Counted from the first letter of the stretch, positions 39,169-48,996 are shown. The stretch: DNA of 64,000 nucleotides from Pseudomonadales bacterium (GCA_965659815.1 CBFHXO010000003.1:3520-67519); one strand, 5' to 3'. Program-made: numbers and translations. The notes: a model not told the origin generated them from the sequence alone.

Positions 39169-39798
39169 TTAGCGCTGCGAGTGGTGAATACTGGCTTCAA
39201 CACTGGGCCGTGCACGTAAGCCTTCCATCCATCGATTAACATTTTTCAATGCCGGGTCAACGGTTTGGCCCATCGCGGCAAAGAAATCCAGAAAACAAAA
39301 CAGGTAAATATCGGCAACGGTAAAACGATCGCCACAAATAAATTCACCGGTTAACAATGGGTCTAGCCATTGTAAACCATCTTGCGCCATGGCTTTTAAA
39401 TCGGCTGATGCATTAGGACATACCAGCATGCGATCTTTAAACAAATCGTGGCCTTCACCAAAGCGAAAACCGTTGGCCATTGGCTCGCCAATTTTTAAAT
39501 CAATGCGTCGGCACCACATGCGGGTTTGCGCTTTTTCTTCCAGCGTGTCACCCATTAAAGAGGTGCCGGGAAATTTGTCATCCAGGTAGTCACAAATCAC
39601 TGTGATCTCACCAATGATTTCACCATTAGCCATTTCCAGCGCAGGCGTTTGGCCACCAGGATTTTTGGCCAGGTATTCAGGCTGGCGGTTTTCGCCAGAC
39701 ATAATATCGACATCAATGGTTTCAATTTCAATGCCCTTTTCGGCAATAAACATACTGACAACACGGGGGTTTGGACCAAGCGAATTATAAAATTTCAT
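39169..39798 (-). CDS. Glutathione S-transferase family protein
   Basis: 209 aa with an N-terminal thioredoxin-like GST fold (NPGGQTPALE). Confidence 0.88.
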   Translation of the reverse strand: MKFYNSLGPNPRVVSMFIAEKGIEIETIDVDIMSGENRQPEYLAKNPGGQTPALEMANGEIIGEITVICDYLDDKFPGTSLMGDTLEEKAQTRMWCRRIDLKIGEPMANGFRFGEGHDLFKDRMLVCPNASADLKAMAQDGLQWLDPLLTGEFICGDRFTVADIYLFCFLDFFAAMGQTVDPALKNVNRWMEGLRARPSVEASIHHSQR

Positions 39799-39850
39799 AG
39801 TTTTGCCTTATCAATCAAGTTTTAATTTTTGCACAAAAGAGGCTGAGATA

Positions 39851-39880
39851 AAAAAGGGCCTCTAATAAGGGGCCCTTTTG
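39851..39880 (-). terminator. Rho-independent terminator after gcvH
   Basis: The minus strand reads AGGGCC..loop..GGCCCU followed by UUUUU. It begins about 14 nt after the gcvH stop. Confidence 0.65.
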
Positions 39881-39893
39881 TTTGAGCTTGTAT

Positions 39894-40286
39894 TTAATCT
39901 TCGTCTTCAATACTCTCTGCATAAGCATCGGCATTAAGCAGTGCGTCGAGCTCACCGGCATCGGCAGGTTGCAGCTTGTAAAACCAGCCATCTTCATAAG
40001 GTTCGCTATTCACGGTTTCGGGCTCGTCTTCAAGCAGTTCGTTAACCGCAAGCACCTCACCCGAGATTGGCGCGTAGACATCTGAGGCTGCTTTTACCGA
40101 CTCAACGACACCGGCTTCTTCTCCCGAAGATAATACCTGGCCAATATCGGGCAACTCGACATAAACAACGTCACCCAACTGATTCTGCGCATGATCGGTA
40201 ATACCAACCACAACGGTGCCATCTTCTTCAAGACGCGCCCACTCGTGGCTGGAGGCATAACGCAGTTCTGATGGTAGATCACTCAT
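39894..40286 (-). CDS. gcvH: Glycine cleavage system protein H (lipoyl carrier)
   Basis: 130 aa with the lipoyl-lysine motif VESVKAASD. No gcvT or gcvP is present in the window. Confidence 0.95.
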   Translation of the reverse strand: MSDLPSELRYASSHEWARLEEDGTVVVGITDHAQNQLGDVVYVELPDIGQVLSSGEEAGVVESVKAASDVYAPISGEVLAVNELLEDEPETVNSEPYEDGWFYKLQPADAGELDALLNADAYAESIEDED

Positions 40287-40390
40287 TGGTTAATTCCTGG
40301 TTTTCAAAGCTAGTGATACCAGCACAATGCTGGCGATTTACAGCATCGCATTCTACCGTGCGACTCATGAAAAACAATGCTTGTTGGTGA

Positions 40391-42562
40391 TCAAGAGGCC
40401 AATCGAACCACTTTTTCAAAGACCCATAGCTTTAGCCGGTTCCACCAGTCGGGGCGCTGCTCCATAGCCTTGTACGCATGCATCTCACTGATAATATATT
40501 GATGCACCAGACCAGACTCCTCAATGGTCAGCTGGTCGGCAAAACTGACCATGCCGCGGTCGGCGTAGATACCACCAATAACAATCGCATCAAAAATTCG
40601 GTGACTTTCGGCGCTCATATAGCGCAAGTCTGGCACCAGGCCACCGCTTTGCGCGCCTGGCCCATGGCAGCGTCCACAGTGAGTCGAATACAGCTGGTAA
40701 CCGGTATCCAGCTCTGTATCGGTGGCAGTTAAGGCCGGTGGCTCAGGCATAACGGGCCGCATAACCGTTGGTGGCAGCACCGCATCACCGCCCAGTTTAA
40801 ATGCCAGCACCCGCCCCTTACTCTGAGTATATTCAATATTACCGCCGCCCATCATGGCCATAAAGCCGCCCCAACCAGCCATGACTGCCACATACTGCTC
40901 GCCATCAACCGAATAAGTGACGGGTGGGGCCATGGTGCCTATTTGGGTTTGGCCCTGCCAAAGCAACTCGCCGGTATCGGCGCGATAGGCTTTAAGCCAG
41001 CCATCATGAGTACCCTGAAATACCAGGTTACCGGCCGTGGCCAGCATACTCATTGACCAGGGGCGATCAAAGTCTACGCGCCAGCGTTCGGATTGCTGCA
41101 CTGGATCCCAGGCTACAATAGAACCAATATGCGTGGCGCGCTGGGCGGCACGGAGTAACAAGGGGTCGGCCCGGCCCATGGCCATCATTACACCGGTATG
41201 CAAACTGCCTTCGTGGTGATACTCATCGTTGGCTTCAAATTTGTAGCCCTGCTCAATCACAGGAATATAAACCAGCTGGTGTTCGGGGTGGTAGGCCATG
41301 GGGTGCCAGTTATGCGCACCGACCATCGAAGGCAAAGTAAACTGTGGCTCATCGCGATAGTCGGCAACATCGGTTAATACCGGGCGGCCGGTTTCCAGAT
41401 CGACATGACTGGCCCAGTTAACCCGTGCATAAGGCTGGGCTGAAATCAGCTGGCCATTGCTGCGATCAATCACATAGAAAAACCCGTTTTTGGGCGCCTG
41501 CATAAGCACCTTACGGTTAATGCCGTTAATCGGCAGGTCGGCCAAAATCATATGCTGAGTGGCGGTGTAGTCCCAGCGCTCACCGGGCGTGGTCTGGTAA
41601 TGCCACAGGTACTCACCGGTATCGGGGTTAAGGGCAACAATCGAAGACAAATAAAGATTATCGCCACCTTCGGGGCTGCGAACATAACTGTTCCAGGGCG
41701 AACCATTGCCAACACCAATATAAAGCTGGTTCAGCTCAGCGTCATAGGCCATAGAATCCCAGGCTGTACCGCCACCACCGAGCTTCCACCACTCGCCGTT
41801 CCAGGTTTCTGCTGCGCGCGCCAACGCCTCAGACTCAAAACCATTGGCAGGATTACCCGGCACGGTATAAAAGCGCCAAAGCTGCTCACCATTATTAGCA
41901 TCGTATGCTGTCACATAACCACGCACACCGAAGTCGGCGCCGCCGTTACCGATAATGACTTTGCCATCGACAACTCTTGGTGCACCAGTAATGGTGTAAG
42001 CCTGGTCAAGATCAAAGGTTAAAGTCTCCCACACCAACTCGCCGCTTATGGCATCAATTGCCACCAACCTACCGTCGAGCGTGCCGACATAGACTTTATT
42101 GCCCCAAACCGCAGCACCGCGATTCACGGTATCGCAGCAGGCATAATAGCCACGCGACTTATCGACTTCGGGGTCGTAAAACCAAAGCTGCTCGCCCGTT
42201 TTTGCATCCAGCGCAAACACCACGCCCCAGGGGCCGGTGGTATACATCCGTCCATCGACGACAATCGGTGATGCCTCTAAACCGCGTGTGGTGCCGGTTT
42301 CAAAGTGCCAGGCCAAACCTAGTTCACTGACTGACTCGGTATTAATTTCTTGCAACGGACTAAAGCGCTGCTCGCTATAAGTACGCCCGTGCAGCAACCA
42401 GTTATGCGGTTCAGCATTGGCGTTAACCGCGCGCGCAGTATCAACAGGATTAATATTAACAGCAGCCACATCAGCCGCCTGCTGTGCTGTCACCGAAGCA
42501 GGCAGCGATAGGGCAAGTAATACACTAATGATTAAAGGCAGTGGTAAATGAGCTCTTGGCAC
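40391..42562 (-). CDS. PQQ-dependent quinohemoprotein alcohol dehydrogenase
   Basis: 723 aa. It has a signal peptide, eight-bladed PQQ propeller repeats (the W-motif recurs), a vicinal CC, and a C-terminal cytochrome c domain with CGRCHG. Confidence 0.92.
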   Translation of the reverse strand: MPRAHLPLPLIISVLLALSLPASVTAQQAADVAAVNINPVDTARAVNANAEPHNWLLHGRTYSEQRFSPLQEINTESVSELGLAWHFETGTTRGLEASPIVVDGRMYTTGPWGVVFALDAKTGEQLWFYDPEVDKSRGYYACCDTVNRGAAVWGNKVYVGTLDGRLVAIDAISGELVWETLTFDLDQAYTITGAPRVVDGKVIIGNGGADFGVRGYVTAYDANNGEQLWRFYTVPGNPANGFESEALARAAETWNGEWWKLGGGGTAWDSMAYDAELNQLYIGVGNGSPWNSYVRSPEGGDNLYLSSIVALNPDTGEYLWHYQTTPGERWDYTATQHMILADLPINGINRKVLMQAPKNGFFYVIDRSNGQLISAQPYARVNWASHVDLETGRPVLTDVADYRDEPQFTLPSMVGAHNWHPMAYHPEHQLVYIPVIEQGYKFEANDEYHHEGSLHTGVMMAMGRADPLLLRAAQRATHIGSIVAWDPVQQSERWRVDFDRPWSMSMLATAGNLVFQGTHDGWLKAYRADTGELLWQGQTQIGTMAPPVTYSVDGEQYVAVMAGWGGFMAMMGGGNIEYTQSKGRVLAFKLGGDAVLPPTVMRPVMPEPPALTATDTELDTGYQLYSTHCGRCHGPGAQSGGLVPDLRYMSAESHRIFDAIVIGGIYADRGMVSFADQLTIEESGLVHQYIISEMHAYKAMEQRPDWWNRLKLWVFEKVVRLAS

Positions 42563-42644
42563 TTCGAATTTCTCTTATTAGCTATTTAGGGGCGCTATGT
42601 GACCTGCATGATAACAGCCGTTTTATAGCGCTAATGATTAAGCT

Positions 42645-43238
42645 TTATTCGCTACGGGTTATTAACTCATCGAGCGTTAAATCAAAGCTGGGCAAAAATG
42701 TATGAATAAAATAATCAACTTCGGGCATGGCCATTGCCGCTAAACGCTGCTCGACATCGGCAATGGCCTGGGCAAATTCTGTGTTACCGGCGTTTACCTC
42801 GGCCTTGCACTTAATTAACGAAGAAATTAAATCAGCCGCTTTAATTAGTTGCGCAAACGCTTCCGAGGCATTTTCATGCAACAAATAGTCGCAGTAATCT
42901 TCACGCAATACTTCAGGTAGCGTTGCCAACATCTCACGCTCTGCCGCATACTCAACCTCTTTATATGCATCGCGAATTTTTTTGTTGTGGTATTTAATCG
43001 GTGACGGCAAGTCACCGGTTAATACCTCAGAAGAATCGTGATATAAGGCCGCCACTGCCGCGGCATTGGCATCGATATCCTTCTCATATAAACGGTTACC
43101 AATAATGCCTAACGCATGGGTAATTACCGAGACTTCGTAAGAGTGTTCCATTACGTTTTCGGCAATCGCATTACGCTTCATGCCCCAGCGATAAATCCAG
43201 CGCATTTTGTGCAAATAAGCGAAGAAGTGATTATTCAT
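42645..43238 (-). CDS. yfbR: 5'-deoxynucleotidase (HD domain), YfbR-like
   Basis: 197 aa, collinear with E. coli YfbR as recalled: NVMEHSYEVSVITHAL, YHDSSEVLTGDLPSPIKY. Confidence 0.85.
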   Translation of the reverse strand: MNNHFFAYLHKMRWIYRWGMKRNAIAENVMEHSYEVSVITHALGIIGNRLYEKDIDANAAAVAALYHDSSEVLTGDLPSPIKYHNKKIRDAYKEVEYAAEREMLATLPEVLREDYCDYLLHENASEAFAQLIKAADLISSLIKCKAEVNAGNTEFAQAIADVEQRLAAMAMPEVDYFIHTFLPSFDLTLDELITRSE

Positions 43239-43347
43239 AAACTGGAGATCCAGGCTACTTACCCTTTGGTCAGGTTATTCGGGATTACGCTAAAGAGGTG
43301 AACCACTGACCTTAACGCTCACCCGATTGAAAAAAAGCGCCAGGGAC

Positions 43348-44652
43348 TTAACTAATGCCCATGGCGTGCTTGATAATACGATTCTTAATTCTGCCGCGTT
43401 GATCGATGGCATTCATTCCCGCATTGCGCAGCCAACGCAGCGGCAGCGGTAGTGGCTCAAAAATACGCTTAAAACCCTCAACCGCTGTCATCATTGCGAG
43501 GTTGTCACCTTTGCGCTCGCGCTGGTAGCGGCCCAGCATAGCAATATCGCCAACGCTTTGGCCACGCGCTCGCGCTTTAGCAATACACCTGGCCAACACC
43601 TCAACATCGGCAAGGCCAAGATTAATGCCCTGCCCTGCCAGCGGATGAATCGAATGCGCGGCATCGGCAATTAATGCAAAACCCGGTTTAACATAATCGA
43701 TAGCATGACGCTGCCGCAATGGAAAGCTAAAGCGTTTTGAGCACGCAAGCACTTTACCAAGCCGATGCTCAAACGCCTGCCCCAAAGCTTCGCAAAATGC
43801 GTCGTCATCCAGCGTTATACATTCGGCAGCGCAATCATCTGTTTGCGACCAGACAATAGAACAGTAGTGATGGTTGGGGCTGGCATCATTATGATTAACC
43901 GATAAAGGTAAAAACGCCAACGGGCCTTCATTGGTAAACCGCTGCCAAGCCGTTTGCTGGTGCGAACGCTCAACGCGTGCGGTGCATACCACGGCGTGGT
44001 GTTGATAGTCCCATTCGCGGGTTGTTAGATTCGCCATTGCGCGCAAAGGTGAATTAGCGCCATCGGCGGCAACCAGCAATGCACTGTTAATAACGGTGCC
44101 ATCGACCAATGTGACTTGCGCAAACGCCTGCCTAGCAGCAGAGTGTGTTTGTTTGGGCAACAGCAAGCCTGCCACGGGTTGGCCATCAAAGACCTGTACG
44201 TTATCGCACTGCTTAAGCCGGTTAAGCAATGCTGCAACCGTCACTCGATTTTCGACAATATGTCCTAGCACATCGGCGCGCACATCTGCAGCTTCAAAAC
44301 CAATTTCACCAGTGCCCTCTGCATCCCACACCTGCATAGCTTTGAACGGGCTTACGCGCTGACTACTAATCATTGGCCATACGCCAATCGTCTCGAGCAG
44401 TGCTTGAGAAGCTACAGTTAAAGCACTAACGCGCGGATCAAAATCATTAACCCCGCTGTCAGTGGGAGGCCAATCGCTCTGTAACGGCTGGGCCTCTATC
44501 AATGCAATTCTCGGTGGTGTTTGTTGTCTATCACTCGCACTTTTATCAATCGAACTTAGCGCACAGGCCAGCGCACTACCCGCAATGCCGGCACCGACAA
44601 TGGCAATATCATAGCCATTACTGGCCTGTGAAAACCCTTGTGTTACAGCCAT
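43348..44652 (-). CDS. ubiI: UbiH/UbiF/VisC/COQ6-family flavin monooxygenase
   Basis: 434 aa. FAD motif DIAIVGAGIAGSA and GDAAH-like ADAAHSIHPLAGQG. The symbol is assigned from synteny (pepP-ubiH-visC). Confidence 0.8.
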   Translation of the reverse strand: MAVTQGFSQASNGYDIAIVGAGIAGSALACALSSIDKSASDRQQTPPRIALIEAQPLQSDWPPTDSGVNDFDPRVSALTVASQALLETIGVWPMISSQRVSPFKAMQVWDAEGTGEIGFEAADVRADVLGHIVENRVTVAALLNRLKQCDNVQVFDGQPVAGLLLPKQTHSAARQAFAQVTLVDGTVINSALLVAADGANSPLRAMANLTTREWDYQHHAVVCTARVERSHQQTAWQRFTNEGPLAFLPLSVNHNDASPNHHYCSIVWSQTDDCAAECITLDDDAFCEALGQAFEHRLGKVLACSKRFSFPLRQRHAIDYVKPGFALIADAAHSIHPLAGQGINLGLADVEVLARCIAKARARGQSVGDIAMLGRYQRERKGDNLAMMTAVEGFKRIFEPLPLPLRWLRNAGMNAIDQRGRIKNRIIKHAMGIS

Positions 44653-45989
44653 TTTCTACCCCCCAAACCCGAGGCTTGATTGGCAAACAGATCTTTTGCT
44701 GGCTTAAATAAATCGAGCGCCAGTAAACCTAAGCTTCTACCCAGCTGCACCGGCAACGCCTGTAGACCAAATAACTCAATCAGATTATGACTAAAACCAA
44801 TCGTTAGATTCTGGTCGGCAAGCTGCGCCTGGGCGTAATCTTCGAGCAAGGCCAGCGAACCGATATCCTGACCGGCACTGTGCGCATTCACCACCCGTTC
44901 GGCCAGCGCAGCGACGTCGCGTAACGCTAAATTAAAACCCTGACCTGCCACCGGGTGTAATGAATGCGCAGCATTGCCCATTAGCACAATATGGTTGCGG
45001 CACACTTCATCGCTAATGGTTAACGCCAATGGGTAAGATTGAGTTTTCCCAACGCGCTTAATTGCGCCAAGTCGAAAACCAAACGCTTTTTGTAACTGGG
45101 CAATAAATTCATCGCTGTCTAACGCGAGTAGTGCCTCTGCATTCGGTTGCGTTGAATCTGTATTGTGCCCAGTACCTGGCAGTGTCCAAACCAGCGCACT
45201 GCGATTCTTGCTATCTGCCAGGTCGGGTAGCGGCAACAAGGCCACCGCACCGTAAGCAGTAAAACGCTCAAAGGCCTGGCCATTATGCGGCAGCTGAGTT
45301 TGCACATTGGCAATAATAGCGGTTTGTTCGTAGTGCTTCACGCTGGCAGAAATCCCGAGACTGGTGCGCAAACCCGATTGCGCACCATCAGCTACCACCA
45401 ACAATCCGGCATGAAGCTCACAACGGTCTTCATTATGCGCAGATAACTGGCGCTGTTTATCCAGCCGAGTTACCGCGACCGTTGCACCGCTCTGGGTGGG
45501 TTTGATCTCGCTAACACTGGCACCGATGACCAACTCTATCGCAGGCAATTCATTCATACGGTTTAACAGCACCGCACCCAGCCATTGGTTTTCAATCACA
45601 TAGCCAAAACAGTCTTTATTTTGCTCTTGCGCATCTAGGAGCGCATTGCCACTATGCCCTTGGTCAGAGACATGAATTTGCTTAATGGGCTGGGCATGTT
45701 GCAATAGCTGCGGCAAGACACCGAGGGTTTGGTAAATATCGATGCTGGCGGCGGATAACGCTGTTGAACGCGCATCAAAACTCGGGTGGTAAGCAGGGCT
45801 AGCCTGCTTAGCTGCGGCAAGCGGGAAATTATCCACCAGCAAAATCGATAAACCTGCAGCATCGGCTGCATGCGCTATTGCACAGGCCAAACTCAAGCCG
45901 ACCATACCGCCGCCCGCGATAACAATATCGTAGTGGTTTTTTACCGGCAGTGATGTCGCGCTTGCTTGTGTCATTATCGATTCATTCAC
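44643..45989 (-). CDS. ubiH: 2-octaprenyl-6-methoxyphenol hydroxylase
   Basis: 448 aa. Motifs DIVIAGGGMVG and GNAAHSLHPVAGQGFNL. It lies directly after pepP. Confidence 0.83.
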   Translation of the reverse strand: MNESIMTQASATSLPVKNHYDIVIAGGGMVGLSLACAIAHAADAAGLSILLVDNFPLAAAKQASPAYHPSFDARSTALSAASIDIYQTLGVLPQLLQHAQPIKQIHVSDQGHSGNALLDAQEQNKDCFGYVIENQWLGAVLLNRMNELPAIELVIGASVSEIKPTQSGATVAVTRLDKQRQLSAHNEDRCELHAGLLVVADGAQSGLRTSLGISASVKHYEQTAIIANVQTQLPHNGQAFERFTAYGAVALLPLPDLADSKNRSALVWTLPGTGHNTDSTQPNAEALLALDSDEFIAQLQKAFGFRLGAIKRVGKTQSYPLALTISDEVCRNHIVLMGNAAHSLHPVAGQGFNLALRDVAALAERVVNAHSAGQDIGSLALLEDYAQAQLADQNLTIGFSHNLIELFGLQALPVQLGRSLGLLALDLFKPAKDLFANQASGLGGRKWL

Positions 45990-46012
45990 CCGTGAATTAA
46001 CGTGTCAGTAAA

Positions 46013-47863
46013 CTACCTTTTCTTGGCTGCTTGCTTTTTTCCCGGCTTTACTTTATTCGGCTTTGGTTTAGCCGCCTTTGGTTTAACAATTTTTTTCTTG
46101 ACCAGCTTTTTCTTAATCGGCGTTTTTTTAGCAGGCTGCCCTTTAGTCGCTTTTTCCTTTACGGCTTTTTTCAGCGTTTTTTGCCTAATGGCTTTGTTTT
46201 TAGTGACTTTGTTTTTAGTGGTTTTGTTTTTTGTTGCTGTCTTTTTAATTGCTTTCTTTTTTACTAATTTTTTTCTAACCGGAATCTTACCCGAAAGCTT
46301 TTTCCGCGACTTGGCTTTTTTCTTTGCCTTAACACTCGCCTCTGGCTTTGCTTTTGCTTTTACATTCGCTGTTGCTTTGGACCCAGTGTTACTTTTCGTT
46401 TCAGTTTTGCTGCTTGCACTGGCCTTATCACTCTCTCTATCAAACCCGGATGAAGCGATAAAATCAATTTGTGCAGGATGACTATTTTTACTCACCGTCG
46501 ATGGGCGCATCAACGCGTGAATGTCATCCACGGTTTTAACTACATCGCAGGTCATCACATCGTGACCGCTACCGGTCACCACCACATCATCTTCAATGCG
46601 AATACCAATACCACGCCATTTTGCAGCAACGTCTTTATTGTCTGCAGCAATATAAATACCGGGTTCTACCGTCATCACCATACCGGGCTCAAGCACCCGC
46701 CATTCATCATGCACTTTGTAATCACCCACATCGTGAACATCCATACCTAACCAGTGACCAGCGCGATGCATATAAAAGGGCTTGTAGGCTTCTTTTTCAA
46801 TCAGCTCGTTTACATTGCCTTTTAGAATGCCCAAATCAAGTAAACCTTGGGTAATTACCTGTACGGTTTTATCGTGCGACTGGTTCCAATGATTGCCGGG
46901 CTTAATTGTTTCAATTGCTGCTAACTGCGAAGCCAGCACAATTTCATACAAAGCCTGCTGCTCTTTGCTAAAGCAACCGTTAGCCGGAAACGTTCGGGTA
47001 ATATCGGCCGCATAACAGTTCAACTCACAACCGGCATCGATTAGCACCAGATCGCCGTCGCGAATCACTGCATTATTTTCAACGTAGTGCAGAATACAGG
47101 CATTTTTACCGGCTCCCACAATCGAGTTGTAGGCCGCAGCCTGTGCACCATTTTTAGCAAACTCGTGTAAATATTCTGCTTCAAGTTGGTACTCCATCAT
47201 GCCCGGCTGGCAGACCTGCATGGCGCGGGTATGTGCCGCTGCAGAAATAGTGGCCGCATTTCGCATAATGCGTAGCTCGGCAGCACTTTTATACAAGCGC
47301 ATATCGTGCAGCAGATGATCGAGGTCGAGAAATTCACCCGGCGGATGCGCGCCAGACCGAGCTTTGGAGCGCAACACGTTAATCCAATCCATTAATCGCT
47401 TGTCAAACTCCGGCCGCTTGCCCATGGAGTAGTAAACGCGTTCGCGCCCTTCGAGCAAACCGGGAAGAATATCGTCAATATCGCTAATAGGAAATGCATC
47501 GTCGGCGCCAAAGTTGGCGCATAAACCTTCGGGACCTTGCCGATAACCGTCCCATAATTCGCGCTCGGGGTCGCGCTCGCGACAAAAGAATACACACTGG
47601 CCATGCTTACGACCCGGTATTAGCAGCAACACTGCATCTGGCTCGTTAAAGCCACTGAGGTAGTGAAAGTCACTGTCTTGGCGAAATTTAAACTCGGCAT
47701 CGCGGTTGCGAATCACACTGGCCGCCGACGGTAATATAGCAATACTGTTGGGCTCCATTTGCGCCATTAAATCGCGGCGTCGGCGAGCAAACTCGCGCTT
47801 ATGAATGATGGGTGTGGCTTTATTGCTGAGTTTATTGGTGGCTTTCAATTTTTTTAACGGCAT
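46013..47863 (-). CDS. pepP: Xaa-Pro aminopeptidase (aminopeptidase P) with an extra lysine-rich C-terminal tail
   Basis: 616 aa. The M24B core runs to about residue 445 (HWLGMDVHD, VEPGIY, IRIEDD). About 170 further residues follow in frame, with no stop and no Met. Confidence 0.9.
   Translation of the reverse strand: MPLKKLKATNKLSNKATPIIHKREFARRRRDLMAQMEPNSIAILPSAASVIRNRDAEFKFRQDSDFHYLSGFNEPDAVLLLIPGRKHGQCVFFCRERDPERELWDGYRQGPEGLCANFGADDAFPISDIDDILPGLLEGRERVYYSMGKRPEFDKRLMDWINVLRSKARSGAHPPGEFLDLDHLLHDMRLYKSAAELRIMRNAATISAAAHTRAMQVCQPGMMEYQLEAEYLHEFAKNGAQAAAYNSIVGAGKNACILHYVENNAVIRDGDLVLIDAGCELNCYAADITRTFPANGCFSKEQQALYEIVLASQLAAIETIKPGNHWNQSHDKTVQVITQGLLDLGILKGNVNELIEKEAYKPFYMHRAGHWLGMDVHDVGDYKVHDEWRVLEPGMVMTVEPGIYIAADNKDVAAKWRGIGIRIEDDVVVTGSGHDVMTCDVVKTVDDIHALMRPSTVSKNSHPAQIDFIASSGFDRESDKASASSKTETKSNTGSKATANVKAKAKPEASVKAKKKAKSRKKLSGKIPVRKKLVKKKAIKKTATKNKTTKNKVTKNKAIRQKTLKKAVKEKATKGQPAKKTPIKKKLVKKKIVKPKAAKPKPNKVKPGKKQAAKKR
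46192..46236. repeat. 15-bp tandem repeat inside the pepP tail (encodes the T-K-N-K-x units)
   Basis: The + strand reads ctttgtttttagtga, ctttgtttttagtgg, then a degenerate ttttgttttttgttg. The protein reads TKNKTTKNKVTKNK. Confidence 0.7.
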
Positions 47864-48008
47864 GCTTTAGGTTGAATCGCTTGTTTACTTGATGACTTGT
47901 TTAGATGGTTTGTTTAAGTGATGACCGGTTTGCTTGATCGATTATCAATTGACTGTGCTTTTGCCATCACCATCTGGCAGGCTAGACTGCTACAGTTATA
48001 CGCGATAA

Positions 48009-48899
48009 TTAGTGCATCGTCTTATTGCCTGGCTTAAAAAACCGAGCCGCACCCGTTGGTGAAGAAGCGGATTTGATAGAAGCTTCGAGTGAAGCGGCAC
48101 CAGGTTGAGGATCAACCGCCGGCTGCGACAGCATTTCTATCCAGCCAAATTCAGTAAATACTGTCATAGTGGCCAAACGCAGGTATTCAACGATTTCGGT
48201 ATAGTCGCGCTCGGCAACCTCAGCGTCGCCGCTATCGTATTGATATTCTTCGCCGTCTTCGGTAAGGACCGTATCAGCTTCAAGGAGCAAGCCCATACCC
48301 AACGGATCATCTTCATCCATATCGTCAAAGTCGTCGTGTTCGCCATCATCATCTTGGCTTGAGACCGAGGCTTGTGCGATGGCTGCCAAATCACTTAACG
48401 CCTCCTGGACGTTTTCGGGTAACGAGCGGTCAAGCTGAGCGGCAGCCTCAGCATCAACCTCGCCCTCGTCGGCATCCTGCTTTTGCAAAAACACCTGAGC
48501 TTCGGCAAAACCGCCCAAAAAGCCTTTACACCAATCGCTCAAGCTATCAGTGCGCTGCTCAATTGCCTCATCATCATCGGGTAAAAACGGCTTAAACGCT
48601 AACTCGTCACTGGCCAAAATCGCCAGCTGTTGCTGTGCAAGACCACCCAGCGTTATTTTGGCCATCGCGCCAAACTGGCTTTGCATTTGCGATGACGCCC
48701 CCATAACCGCCAAGCCAAACTGCGCCCATCGCGCAGATGAAAGCCGCATAGCACCGCACAAGCCGCCAACAATTGCACCGTGTAACTCGGCGGGCGAAAA
48801 GCGGCTTTCCAACGTTAATAACCAGTCACCCAACTCGTCAAAGTCGCCCGGTGCGGCGCCGTCGTGGTAGCCGTCTTGATAGCCCTCTTGATAATTCAT
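48009..48899 (-). CDS. ygfB: UPF0149 family protein YgfB, expanded with acidic inserts
   Basis: 296 aa. Motifs shared with E. coli YgfB as recalled: PAELHG, WCKGFLGGF, EIVEYLRLA. It lies upstream of pepP, as in E. coli. Confidence 0.82.
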   Translation of the reverse strand: MNYQEGYQDGYHDGAAPGDFDELGDWLLTLESRFSPAELHGAIVGGLCGAMRLSSARWAQFGLAVMGASSQMQSQFGAMAKITLGGLAQQQLAILASDELAFKPFLPDDDEAIEQRTDSLSDWCKGFLGGFAEAQVFLQKQDADEGEVDAEAAAQLDRSLPENVQEALSDLAAIAQASVSSQDDDGEHDDFDDMDEDDPLGMGLLLEADTVLTEDGEEYQYDSGDAEVAERDYTEIVEYLRLATMTVFTEFGWIEMLSQPAVDPQPGAASLEASIKSASSPTGAARFFKPGNKTMH

Positions 48900-48996
48900 A
48901 CAGAACCTGCCGATATGAGGCCGCCCTGCCAGGCGGCTAAACCAAGATTATACGAACTGTGGCGGCAGATCTGAACCCATATTATTGACCAGGCGT

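Noticed and set aside
46002-46481. A 159-aa phenylalanine/leucine-rich membrane-like ORF on the + strand.
   Set aside because: It is the exact antisense of the AAA/AAG-rich poly-lysine tail of pepP, because TTT/CTT codons mirror Lys codons. The pepP frame is continuous with a bona fide M24B domain, so the + ORF is an artefact.
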